From Octopus vulgaris (taxonomy: Eukaryota), in contig OX597832.1 in the NCBI GenBank assembly GCA_951406725.2, forward strand, positions 66,092,001-66,156,000: 64,000 nt of DNA, read 5' to 3'. Positions 1 to 13,146 of this stretch are shown piece by piece. The notes below the pieces were generated by a model. It saw only the letters and a list, made by a program, of their open reading frames with translations. It made no database searches and had not been told where the DNA came from. Position 1 is the first letter of the stretch; each line of letters opens with the position of its first letter. Made by a program: the position numbers and the translations under genes.

Positions 1-249
1 TGAGTAGCAAATTCTTTTGTTTCATTCCATTTAAGTCATGACCTTCCTCAATAAAATCTGAACTCAAGATGGTCAAATACTACTGCTACACAGTGGAGTT
101 TGCTAACTAAATTTATAAATGCTACATTCTTATGATTATCGCTTCACTGCTTTTATTCGTATAGTGTATAGCATCTCAAATATTGGTTGGTTTGTTTGGG
201 TTCCTTCGCTTTTCTATACTGTGTTATTTTGTTTCAAAATCCTTTCTTC

Positions 250-660
250 AAACTTCATGAATGATGTTTTGTTCCTATATTTACATAATTTGATTATCTC
301 AGAGTACTTTGCCATTTTATCACGTTTTCGCTGGATTTGATTATTTTGAAGGTTTCATCTAGGCATGGATTGCTTGTTATACGGTGCAGCATTTTTTAAT
401 ACGGACCAGTTGGTCGTATGTTTCACTCAACTCTGTTTTAGTCTGCAGACGAGGTTCGTTAGAGATGTGGGGTATCTTTTATATATATTCGAAAATAACG
501 AGAGATGGTTTCTCAGACGCGTTCATGGTATCTACAGCATTACCAGCGTACGGGTATTTCTGCGTGTCTGTCTTCACCCCATATTTATACATTACATTCC
601 TTATCATGCAGTTGTTGTTAAATCATTACGTCTCCACCTACACATGATATTTTTCCTTTT
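250..660 (-). pseudogene. Decayed Penelope-like element GIY-YIG endonuclease remnant
   Basis: Manual minus-strand translation across frameshifts gives NNNCMIRNVMYKYGVKTDTQKYPYAG (GIY-YIG-like NVMY..YAG, 541-598), then RLRNHLSLF, TSLTNLVCRLK, NWSVLKNAAPYNK and SEIIKLCKYRNK. This is the typical PLE C-terminus and parallels the copy at 44160-44590. Confidence 0.75.
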
Positions 661-1338
661 CTTTTCCAGGAGATACTATTCGTGGTCCTCTTTCTTCTAC
701 TACCAGTAATCATGCACACGTTAACCTTATGCATGGATTGCACCTTTAGCTGTGTAATGCTGTTTGGGTGTGTTTTTGCTATTGATGAATTTTTATTTCC
801 CCCAACTTTCCACCATTTTATTCATATATACAGTGTCATTTGTTACTGAAGAGGTCACTAGAAAAAAGGAGCATTTATCAATTCAGTTAACAAACCCTAC
901 TGTATAGCAGCAGTAACTGACCATCTATTCAGTATATATTGAAAATAGTGATGCTTTAAATGAAATCAAACAAAAGAATGTACACCTATCATTCAAATGC
1001 GCTGATTGAATAGCAAAGTAATTCATACTCCACCATACACATCTCCATCCCCATATACTGTTCTTCCTATAACTATTCCCATTACCCTCTACTCCTCCCC
1101 ACCAAATGCGGACAGAAATACCCACATATCTCGTTTGACCTACGTCATGGTAAAAAGGGAAAATATCCCCCTGTGTGGGTCATCCACTGATGTTATAGCC
1201 CCTGAAGAAATGAATCAATGAGGATGATCAACAGGATGCCTAAGGATGCTACGGACGGCACTGTGATCATCCCAGTAATATGGACTGTGATCTTGAGTCA
1301 TGTGATTTGTGGATACGTGCGTAGCGATGTATCTTAGG

Positions 1339-1425
<87 letters not shown>
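1339..1425. repeat. (ATT)n microsatellite, the 3' tail/target of the adjacent R4/Dong-like element
   Basis: Pure ATT run directly abutting the element's 3' UTR. Confidence 0.95.
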
Positions 1426-1426
<1 letters not shown>

Positions 1427-3212
1427 TATGTTTGACTTTTACTTTATATTTGTACAAGTTGGCTCCAAATCTCACCCAGAGACCTCAAGAGGCAACAGGT
1501 TGGAAGTTCGTATTGTTGTAATGCCTAGTGTGCCATATATTTGGTTTTCTATTTAGTGTTGTACTAGTGAATGCCTAAAAAAAAAACCAAAGTTATGTTT
1601 GTTTTAAAACTTGGGGTTACATAGAAAGTATTTTGCGTAGGATATAAGCAGTTCTCATGAGCACTATCTTTTGAATTTCTGCCATTTTGGGGTCTCCCGA
1701 TATCTGAGTTAGGTAGCGATCAGCCCCTTTTGCTATTATTCCCAGGGCACCTATGACAACAGGTATTGTTTTTGTCTTCAGGTTCCACATTTTGCTGATT
1801 TCTATTTCAAGATCTGTATATTTGCTCAGTTTTTGGTAGGTCTTGACAAATACGTGTATATCGATTGGGACAGTCATATCAATGAGGAGGCATGTTCTTT
1901 ATTTGAAGTCTTTCAATATGATGTCTGGCCTATTTGCATCTATCTTTCTGTCAGTTTGAATGGGGAAGTTCCAGAGGAGTGAAATGTGTTTATTTTAAAG
2001 CACTGGAGGTGGTTTGTGTTCCCACCAGTTTTTTCATGGGGCAAATCCAGGTTTTTGCAGATTACCCAGTGAATATATTCTGCAGCTCTATCATGCCTGT
2101 TGAGATACTCTGTAGGCGCTAGAAGACTGCACTTGGAGATAACATGATCAATGGTTTCATTTTGTTGTTGACATACACGACATGTTGGGTTACTACCGTT
2201 CTTTAATATGTTGGCCTGGTAGTTCCTTGTTGATAGGCATTGATCTTGAGCTGCTTTGATAAACCCTTCCCTTTCAGATTTTAAGCCAGAGGCCATTAGC
2301 CATTGATGGGTCAGGGCTTTGTCAACATCTGCATTATTCGCTCTCTTTGGGTATTTGCCATAGAGAGGTTTTTCTTACCATTTATCATTCAGAATATCTA
2401 AGGCAGCAGTTTTAGCACGGGTTTTCATGCGTTTAGATTTTTCTGTGCTTGTTTATTGTATGTCTAATACCGAAATGTGTTGTATTCGGAATTCACTTAG
2501 ATATTCCTTTGCCTGTTTTGTTACTGAGTATGATGCTTTCTTGTTTTCATGTTTTGAGACAAGTTTTAACATCCAGTCCTCAGAGATTTTCAGGTAGGTG
2601 TCTAGGCCAATTGTAGCAATCTTCATTGTTATTGCCAGTTGTAAAAGTCCACGATCTCCCTCTTTTCTTGGCAGTTAAATTCGTTCTATATCTACCTTAG
2701 AGTGGTGCATTCTATGCATTGTCAACAGTTTTCGTATTTTTCTGTCAAGATTAAATATTTCAGTAATTGACCAGTTAACGATATTGAAACTGTAAGTCAC
2801 GACTGGTATGGCTAAAGCATTGATCGCTTCGATCCTGTTTCTCGCATTCAGCGCTGTCTTGAGTATTGCTCTTACTCTGCGATAACATTCTCTCCGGATC
2901 CTTTCCTTCATCACTGAATGCTTTATTCCGTCCCCTTCAATTACCTCTAGGTACTTGTAGCTCTCCGCTGGGTCTAATTCTTTTATGACATTCTGCTGGT
3001 CAAGGTTAACGTTAGATGTTTCTGTCATTTTTCTTTTGAAAAATGTAGCTTTTGCACATTTATCGAGGCTAAATTGCGTTCTGATGTCATCGCTGAATAT
3101 TTAAACAATCGTTTGAGTTGATGGTCATTTTTGGCAAAGAGCTTTAAATCATCCACGTAAATGAGCTGATTTATATTTTTATCAAACATTTTATATCCGT
3201 ACTGCGTGATTC
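1426..3212 (-). mobile_element. 5'-truncated, frameshifted R4/Dong-like non-LTR retrotransposon (RT C-terminal half + CCHC + REL endonuclease), family 1
   Basis: GYKMFDKNINQLIYVDDLKLFAK (YVDD at 3148-3159). ORFs 2675-3028, 1940-2296 (CRVC..ETIDHVISKC zinc knuckle, RHD) and 1617-1877 (K..KY.DL..EI..MW, IPVVIGALG). ATT repeats on both sides. Confidence 0.92.
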
Positions 3213-3870
3213 ATTGTCACAACACATGAAATTTTTACATCACCAGCATCACCATTATTATTATCATTATTATTATTATTATCATCATCATCATTAATTT
3301 TATTGTATATTATACATATACGTGTGTGTTTTTATTTATGCATGTATGTATGTATCCGTATAAGATTAAAATAGCCATCTGTGTATCATATTTAATGGAG
3401 ACGCACTACAAATAGCTCTGGACCCTATAAGTAGCAGACAAATAGTCGTCCAGAAGCGGTAGCAGAAATGCTGGAAGTGCAGTTCTACCTCCTCGGGACT
3501 TGTCTGTAATATGTATTTCTCTAGCAATCTGCAGACAATTTTCGCAGTCAGTTTGTTTTTGCGTGATGTTTCAGCAGTGACTATGATACACTTATCGCTA
3601 TTCTAATCTAGTGCATTTTCTTTTACGTATTAATAATAGCCGGACAGCTACATATAGCACCAGAGAGTTTGCAATAATTTCTTCCTGTAAGAGTAGCAAA
3701 TGATATTACCTTGCCGTGCGGCTGCTGCTGAAAGAGCGCAGTGAGGGTCAAATCCGCGTTCAGCATCCACACCGCTGCCGCTGGACAATTCTCGTCTGTT
3801 GCTGTTATATTTTATTTGTGTTATAAATACAATGCACTCTTAAAAGAGGCGTTTCGCTTGTATGCAATAA

Positions 3871-3924
<54 letters not shown>

Positions 3925-5139
3925 ACACACACACGTATGTATATATGTTTGTGTGGAGAGAGAGAAAGGTGAGTAAAGTGCTAGAAAAACATATAAACTG
4001 AGATGTGTGTGTGTATATATATATACAAATAAATATACGTGTGTATGAAATCTATGTATCTGCGTGGGGGGGGGGGGGCTATGTGTGTCTACGTGTGTGT
4101 CTGTGTGTGCTTGTGTATGTGTTTGTGTATGCATATATAGAGACATCTATCCAAGCACCTACAAATGTAAACATACTCTTGTTTGTACATGTTCAACTTG
4201 TTGATTAGATTTATTCTATCGCCCAACACAAAAGATATGTTGGCCATTGACATAGCATCATTTGCAGATATTTTATATACCTGGATAAAACGTGTCTTTT
4301 TTTGAAAGCAATACAGTGTAATTTATGAGGAATTGTTAGTTTTTTCTAGCAGGTTATGCTACTCTAAAATATTCCCACACCCTGTATTGTCATAAATAAC
4401 ATTATGCTCGAATTATTTTCTCTCTGTTAACATATGATTGCATATCATTTACTTATGAACATGCGTCAGTGCTTTAGGTTGGAAACAATTTGTGGAAAAA
4501 TTGAAACACTTTCTAATAAGCTTAGTTTGTAGCTCCACTAAACATTGCTTCACAATTGTTTATAATACTATTACGTGTAGGCTCGATTACATTTTCATCA
4601 ATAACATATAGCCATGTAAACATTTCCTCCACTCTTCAGATATATTTTGTTGAACGTCCTGTCATAATTTTAGCAACCAGACACCGAGTAAACAAGTCTT
4701 TGTCTATATGAAACAGCCTACAGCAAAGTCTACCTCGATCTGTGGTAACGATAACTATACCATCTTCTACAAGGGTTGGATATAATTGAGATGTACGATA
4801 AAAGGTGCGGTCTTGTTGGGAATGCTTGGGATGATAGTTGTATGTCGAAACAACTTATACATCTCGTCACACTGTCGCATGGATAAACGACATCTATATT
4901 ACCATCCTTTGACTTCACATATGTAACCACGCTGGTTTCAGTAATTATTGAGATCAGGTCTTCCTAATATTGATCAAAACTTTTGTTTCCTAGTAAACTA
5001 TGTGTGATTTCACAATAGAAAGGAATGCTAACACAATCGACACCTTACGTAGTCATCAACAACTAATAATATATGTACGCATAATATCTCTACTTTGTGA
5101 AACAGTTTTTAATATCAGGATACGTGTTATGTGTACATG

Positions 5140-5210
5140 AATATATGCACATACACACACACATACATATATGTATATGTATATATGTATGTATGTATAT
5201 ATATTTATAT

Positions 5211-5259
<49 letters not shown>

Positions 5260-5361
5260 TATATATATATTTCTATATTTATCATATAGACGTGTGTATA
5301 TATATAAATTTATGTATAAGTGTGTATGAGTGTGTCTCTGTATGTATGCAGGTATATATAT

Positions 5362-5438
<77 letters not shown>
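5140..5438. repeat. Compound (TA)n/(CA)n microsatellite
   Basis: Seen directly. Similar tracts at 7550-7872, 15255-15480, 27228-27395, 27930-28165, 29110-29340, 32350-32430, 33550-33770, 47360-47545, 56715-56780 and 61790-61960. Confidence 0.95.
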
Positions 5439-5439
<1 letters not shown>

Positions 5440-7586
5440 CCCAATATTTTGGTCATTATCGCGGATTGACTTACAAATTATTAATTTTGCAATATTTGTT
5501 CAGTGCTCCTGGGATGGTGCCCTTCCATCGATAAAACCACGAATCAACTATCTGACAGGAAATAAACACTTAATCTCTGTAGAAGGTGCGTATTTGCATT
5601 CATTATGAGAGAAATCGTATTGTTGATGACATAAGGATTTACAAACTTTAGTGAGAGCGTGAAATGATACTCAGTCTGAAAAACCTTCCTAAAAACTAAG
5701 AGCGAAAACCAGAAAGAAAACCCGATATGCACTGTTCCAAAATGAAATAAAGAAATAATTATTCCAAATTTATAAATTCTTATGGCGTCAAAAACGTACG
5801 ATTCTGTTTGGTTAGTTTAAAGTTTCTAAAGTGGATGGAGATGCTTAAATGGCTACTTTGGCCCAATGGTAGAACATCTGTCATGTTTACAGGAAATGTG
5901 GATTGGAATCCCATGGACATCTTTCGATTGCGTGTTTCTCTTTTCTATGCAGGAGGATTTTTCCAGAAAATATTTACATCCCATTATTTATAGCTGTAAG
6001 TGCTTCGAGATCCACTGTCATTGGTGATGGCGTTATTAAGATTCTAATTACATAGAGCTCATCGAACTGACTTATCATTAAACACGGATCGCCGATGAAG
6101 TGGATAGTATCATAACACTAGTATCTGAGCTTCTTGGAGTGTTTTCGTGTGTGTTTGCAGGCCATTAATGTAGGGATCTTTCCTTTTCGTGTAACATTTA
6201 GGTGTCTTCATTCATATTCGATAATGTAGTTTTTACTTCAGATGGAATATATATTTCTTAGCTTCCTAACATTAAAGTGTTTAAGATTCACTCCCAGCGA
6301 TGTAGACTTCACCGCACATCATTCCCGTCGGATCATTTTTGTTTATCTTTTTTCAAATAAATGACAACACACTAAAGATGAAGTGATAAATATTCAATGT
6401 TATTCGGAATGTAATCTTAAATCGTTTTAAAAAAGAGGTTTTAAAACATATGCTCATCTATCAATTTTAAATGAGATAATTTTATATTTCTGTGAGTTTG
6501 CCACTGATTAAATTTTTTTCAAATATGATATGTTTGAAATAGAGCCATTATATTTTGGCTGCAGGAAATATAGAGCAAGACTCTGTGATAGACAATCATA
6601 TAAAGAGGATTTTGCAGGTGAAATAAATAACATTTAATAATTTTTGTAAGGGGTTTGCCACACAAACATATGTTCGAAATAATTCTACTGTCTTATACAC
6701 TTTTTTTTCTACAGTTCCCAGAAATCTGAGCCTTGTGAGTGTTATTGTGTGGATAAAGACGACTTTTTGAAGCCTTACTGGCTACGCTGAGCCACTTGTT
6801 GGCTTACTGATCTAATCCACCGCTACAAACTGTCCATTGGTTGTTTGAGTTAGATTAAAAACATTTGCAAGCAACCGGATCATTTCATGAGACATGGTAT
6901 GTAACGATCTTCCTTTTCTGGTACAATACACACTGCCCCCCCCCATACGCTGCCATGCGTGCTGTCGACTCAATGCTATCTAACCCATAAAAATAGACAA
7001 ATTTTCTTAAGAGGAGGCAATTTACATGTTTTCCTTTAATGAAAATATATAGTGATAATGGTACTATCGATATAATTATGAAAGGTGTATTTAGTTGAAT
7101 CGATTTCAGCATTCGAAAGTAATAACGTATTCATCATTTCTGTTATGGTGAATTAGCTGCATTAAAGATTTTTCGTCTGGAATCCAATCGAAAATATAAA
7201 GAACTAAAATGGTAAACATTGTAACACCTGACAAGAAACATTTAAATTGTGATCTCTTATTCAGAACAGGCGGCATTTTTTTTTTTAGAATACTGCTTAG
7301 TTGTGAAACAAAGCCACGTGCCTAATTAATTAGTAACAACTTAAACCGACCACAAATCATGTACACAAAGGCTAGAAATGCTAAAAGTACCTGAGATATC
7401 TCTCAAATTTCAGCATGGAATTTGCAGGGAATCACACATTGAACCATGTAGCGGCAGGTCACGATATATGAATTGAATAGAAATGACCTCAAACATGCCG
7501 TCATATACATTGCGTGCGCATAAATATTCATGAGTGTGTATGTAGTTATATATCTACATATATATATATTTATATATATATATATC

Positions 7587-7651
<65 letters not shown>

Positions 7652-7654
7652 ATA

Positions 7655-7740
<86 letters not shown>

Positions 7741-7770
7741 TGTGTATGTATATATGTATATGTGTATATA

Positions 7771-7821
<51 letters not shown>

Positions 7822-8244
7822 ATATGTGTATATATATATGTATGTATATATATATATGTATATATATATATAAATGTGTGCATGTGTATATTAATATATA
7901 AATTATTTATATTTGACGGATATTTGTCGTCATATTGTTAGCTCAACCTTTCGGCTGATATACTCTCCAGCCTTACGGATTTTTTCTCGTAAGAGGTTTT
8001 TCACGCTAGCTACTGATAATTTCATTTAAAGATTTTATCCTCAATTGTTAATTTATATTTTTCACCGGAATAGTTCAATACTGAATTTTTATTCCGAGTA
8101 AGCAATTTGTTACCGAAATGCATTGAGAATAAGCCCGCCATTTTCATAGATATGTAAAGATAAACACTCGTACATGCTACGACGAATTCTACGGATGGCT
8201 ATCGAGCTTGTAACGGTATGATTTTTCTTATATATCTTGAGTTT

Positions 8245-8308
8245 GTTGCACTGATGAACATAGAATGCATATTCTGCATTAATTGCGAAATCACAGGTGA
8301 TATGTAAC
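8245..8308 (+). ncRNA. Type I hammerhead ribozyme motif (PLE/retrozyme type), probably damaged
   Basis: Stem I GTTGCA/TGTAAC; CTGATGA 8251-8257; GAAA 8287-8290; stem III ATCAC-ag-GTGAT; AUA cleavage triplet. The 10.1-11.1 pair is A-C instead of G-C. Confidence 0.75.
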
Positions 8309-8429
8309 TAATTTTTTTTTAACTGATTTGCTTTGAAGTTTTGCATTCGGTAAAATTTTGTTTATTTTAGTAGTTTTGACCGCATTGGTCCCTCTTAGCG
8401 TGTGGTATCTACAAATAGTAGTACCCTCA

Positions 8430-8500
<71 letters not shown>

Positions 8501-8712
8501 TCAATATAGGGTAGCAAAAAATTCAATAGACTATTTTCTCTCTCTCACTACCCTATATTGAATAATTGATGATTTTCTCACTAATTCTGAAATTAAATCA
8601 GCAGCTTATATTTGCTGCTGATTGGCGCGATTACGGTAGTTTTTGAAAATTTTAGGGCAGACATTCCCGGAGCATAGATACTACTGCCTCGTGTATGTCT
8701 GTCTCTCCTGGC

Positions 8713-8826
8713 TTCGTTACCGATGAGATGTGGCCTTTGGTAGATCGACTTAATTAAGTTTAATTTAATTTAATTAGGCTGGTATGCCATTAAAAACATC
8801 GAAACAATGCATTGTCTAAAGATGAA
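8713..8826 (+). ncRNA. Type I hammerhead motif with variant core CCGAUGA and long loop II
   Basis: TTCGTTA-CCGATGA (8720-8726)-GATGT...ACATC-GAAA (8801-8804), palindromic stem III ACAATGCATTGT, C (8816), TAAagaTGAA; GUC triplet. Confidence 0.7.
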
Positions 8827-9424
8827 TAGGGTAAACGTTTTTTTTAATTTTCCTTTAATTGCTGAATTACTATTACTTGGCGGTTTGAGTCCTGGCTGCC
8901 CTTTCTAGTGGGTCGAATGGCCTATTTGAGGCCGTTCCTCAATTGTTGTTGAATATATATATATATATATATAAACATATATTTCTCCATTTAGGGATGA
9001 CTAGGGTAAAATATCAACTTGACATATTTGCCTTGAAATAAGCAGTATGAAAGACATATGATGCATCTCAGGAATCAAAACGAGAAGAAAAAGAATGACA
9101 CTATCAAGTATTGAATACATTTATCATTTTTTGCGCTCTGCCGTATTCTCAAGATAGCTCTAATCAATTATTTGCAACTGTACTGTAACACATTGTTGCA
9201 AAGAGTCCGAAAACCTACAATATCCAACCGCACGTCGCTGTGATATTCGTTTATATCATTATATATATATATATATATATATACAAGAAATATATCAATG
9301 TCAATGCAACATTTTCCGAATTCCTAAGAAAGAAAAACACATATTAGGTTAGAGTGATGGCTTATCTTACGTTTTCCAGCTATTTCTCATCGTTAAGCGC
9401 CTAACTGTATCAAATCCATTATAT

Positions 9425-9640
9425 TGGTTTCCAACTGTGGCACAGAGCCAGCAATTACGAGGGAACGTATGTCGATTACATCAACCCCCAGTAGTCAACT
9501 GGTACTTATTTTATCGACCCTAAAATAATGAAAGTCAAGGTTAACCTATGAGGAATATGAACCCAGAATATAAAAACGGACGAAATGCTGTGAAGACGAC
9601 TTTTTCCCGGCGTGCTAACAATTCTGTCTGCTCTCCGCCT
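9425..9640 (-). mobile_element. Degenerate tRNA-derived SINE (same family as 47150-47358)
   Basis: Reverse complement matches the 47150 copy (gcagaattgttagcacgccggg...gtcgataaaataagtaccagtt...ggggttgatgtaatcgac). Confidence 0.75.
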
Positions 9641-11193
9641 TATTCCTCTAATTCCTAATACTCAATTTCCTATTCTGGAAGCAAGAAATTGTACTTTAAT
9701 ACTTAGAATGTTTCTAAGAAAAGTTATTTAAAGAAACCTTTCCATTTAATTCAACTGATATTTTGTAATATGTCCTCATTTTATTTATGACAACGTCACT
9801 GCTAACAAAGCGATGATCCACCAGATCATTAAATAATGGAATACCAGCATTGGCTCTTCTGCTATTTGTCCCTGTCTAGTGATCGTTTCATAACAATTTT
9901 CGGGTGTAGAGATTATGTTTTTAACGAAAATTATATTCTGTTTCTAGCAAATGAGTGGAGCCAAAATTTCTCCATCGGGTCGGCTGACTTAATACTCGAT
10001 CCAGTAAATTGCAAGCATTAATCTTCAGCTTTACCATCTGAGATTGCATTTTGACGCCTTCCACCGTGTATTTCATACTATGATAGTTGTTAACGAAACT
10101 CACAGAACTTATAGTTGCGTTGATGGAATATACTTCATATTTGAAATGCGTAGTATTGTGCTACTATATCAAATCAGTAATTTCCTTTCATATTCAGAGT
10201 CGTGAAATCTAATGGAAGATGTAAGACAGCAGACAAGATATCTTACCGCAGGTAGTATTATCATACCGGCTTTTGACATCAATAACAGCATCCATTCAGT
10301 TTGCCGTTCATTTCTTCTGTAAATCAATACCAAACCGAAATATACTAATCTCCAAATCTGAAGATTCTGTACACTGATTGGTTATAATTAAATTTGCTGA
10401 GGATTTTCGTGTTTTCATCAAATGTCTTCATATAATTTTAGAAAATTCATGGACTTCTTTCTGACCTGGAGAATGCAATTACCTCTAAATGCAGAGTTCC
10501 CTTGCAATTTTTCTGTCCCAGTGATTACCTTCGTGACTAATTAATAATATTCTTCTGTTGATATACACACGTGCAAGCATACAAATACACATACATAGAT
10601 ACATACATATATGTCTGCCGGCTTCCAAAGAAAAGTTATACATTTATACATGTATGTATGTTTGTATGTATATATGCATATCTTTTCTTTGGAAGCCGGC
10701 ATCAAATTACATCATAATTCAATAAACAACTATCTTGACGTTGTCATTGTTAATTTCCAAACAATATATTTTGAAATGTTGCAGAGAGCAAGCAGTCTCT
10801 TCCTTCGATAAACTGTATCTACAACGCATTCCCAAATTCAGTTTTACTAATAATATTAGGAAGCGTAGACTCGAAGTAATTATAAAAAATGAAAGCATTA
10901 TAATTTTCATATTACTTTTACCAAAACATCGAAAGATTGAAACAAATATGGTTAATGATTAGGTATACTAAACAGAAAATGCTTTGTGGCTAATACAGGT
11001 TTATGCATAGTATTTAACACATTGTGTTCCACTGTTTAACATTATATTTAAACGTATAATGATAAGTCTTACAACCAATATACTAACAACTACATATTTT
11101 CTCACCCTCAAAATATCAGTCAACTGACTTGCATGCAATTGCACGAGCATTCACGTACACACAAACAACACGTGCGCGCACATCACACATACA

Positions 11194-11229
<36 letters not shown>

Positions 11230-12932
11230 TGAACACAATATAATACTTTTGCATCTAGAAATAAGAGACCGATAAATGGCCAATAAAAATACGTATCAAT
11301 CTGAAACAGAGAAAAAATATACAATCAACGAAAAGCCTTAACGTTGGTGACCCGACGTCAGCGCAACTCAATAAAAGGAATTGTTAGAGACAAAAAAAGA
11401 AAAACGAATAAATAATTAAATATACATTGCTATGAATACCAGACTTTATAAAATCGGCGGTTTCCGATAAGACGTTGTAATATGGCTAAGTAAGAGTTAT
11501 AACATAATAATATATAATATAATACATGGAATGTAAAAATCTGTTACATTCAAATCGGTTTCTTCTCGCAAGAGGAGAATAACCACTAGAGAAGCAATTA
11601 ACATACAACTTTGCAAGTAACTGACAGCAAATCAATGATCTTGAATTCAATGAAGACTAATCAGTTAATAGATTTACCAATATACAACTTCATGCCTTCG
11701 TACTACTGTTAGTTTCAGGAAAGGAATGCATACAAGCGATTAATTATTCCTGCTATGTTTAATTCACATTTTATGCAGATTGGCAAGTCGTCTTACATTT
11801 GACAACTTCTGTCTCGTTAAATGTACCGGAGAGTCCATCAGGTTAACGCAACTTTCACAACATGGAACACACAAACTCACTCTGAATCTTCATGTCTCCT
11901 GTTAATTATCTCCGTAACTAAGTTATCTTTTCTTACATTATCGGGAAACCGAAAATTAGTGAGGAAGCGATATAATGTATGGAGCTATATTCAATACGTT
12001 TTCGACAAATATATCTTGAGAGATATTTCTCCGATACTGATGAGATCAATTTGAATGTTATAAAAGATAACTGCGTTCTGAATCAAGGTAGACAACAGTT
12101 AGCATTTTAAATCAATAAGAAATGTGCTCCAACATAACAGTTAGTCCAAAACTTTGGGACATTTATTGTCGATTATAATAAAATATATCTTAGTTGGACC
12201 TTTTTTATCGTTCCGAGAAATTTAAAATGTAGGTTCGTCTTCGACAGTAAATTTCCAATCAGTATCTTATCATTTCTGCTAGTGAAGTAAATTTAAATCG
12301 TCCAACTGGCCCTTCAATATCTTTACCGAACCCCGGCCGGATACAGCCATTTTGGCAAATCTTTAGTCTAAAGGTACCTGGATTTAGTGTTTATAGAAAT
12401 GGCCATGGACATTGTACTTACTCTCAAAAGTAATTAATTAAAAACCATATCATGTGACACGTGGTAGTCACATGCGCTTAAAAAATTTCGAATTGTTTGA
12501 ATTAGATTCAAAACAAGTCCTGTGTTTCTTTCATCGGTCTTGTTGTTCGCAAAGACATCAAAAGATCTCGAAAACCGGAAGAACATAAATGAAAAACGTA
12601 AATAGCCTGACTGCCAACACTTTAAATGGAAACACAGCATTAATTCTATTTCCACTAAGGACAAAACAAAGCTTTGTAGAATAGTGAATAGGGAAATGCG
12701 TGAATATGGCACTTGATCAACTGTTTTGCTAATTTTTTATTGATGAGTCACAGATGTTACCATTGTTTACAGCTTGTAACATAAAGTCCACTACATATTT
12801 GTATTTAGGTAAGTAATCTAGAGTTTTACATAGTTAAGTACCGTGACCATAATCAGAAGCGTATCTTTCGTAATCTATCAATAAACCAATAAAGCATAAC
12901 CTCCGGTCTTTGAACAGTTACTCAGACAAGAA

Positions 12933-13146
12933 CGAGGGGATGCTGAAAAAGTTCTTAGCATTAAGAGCGTCGCCAGAGGCCTGGTTTGGGGAACCAATCT
13001 ACCGAGTTCTATTACAGGGCTGAAGGGCCGCGGCAATATGTGTGAGAATCTGAAAGATGAATCTTGTTGAATAAAATCATGATTAACTGATCCTCTTGTA
13101 TTTTTTTAACGCAAAGCCAGGAACTCTAGCCCTACATCACCTCGTA
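12933..13146. mobile_element. Mariner-type MITE
   Basis: Imperfect terminal inverted repeats (cgaggggatgctgaaaaagttc ... ggaact...cacctcg-ta), ~210 bp. Related to 40223-40404 and to the mariner end at 54825. Confidence 0.6.

Noticed and set aside
841-925. CTGAAGA-GGTCA...TGACC hammerhead half
   Set aside because: No GAAA or stem III follows; at best a decayed remnant.
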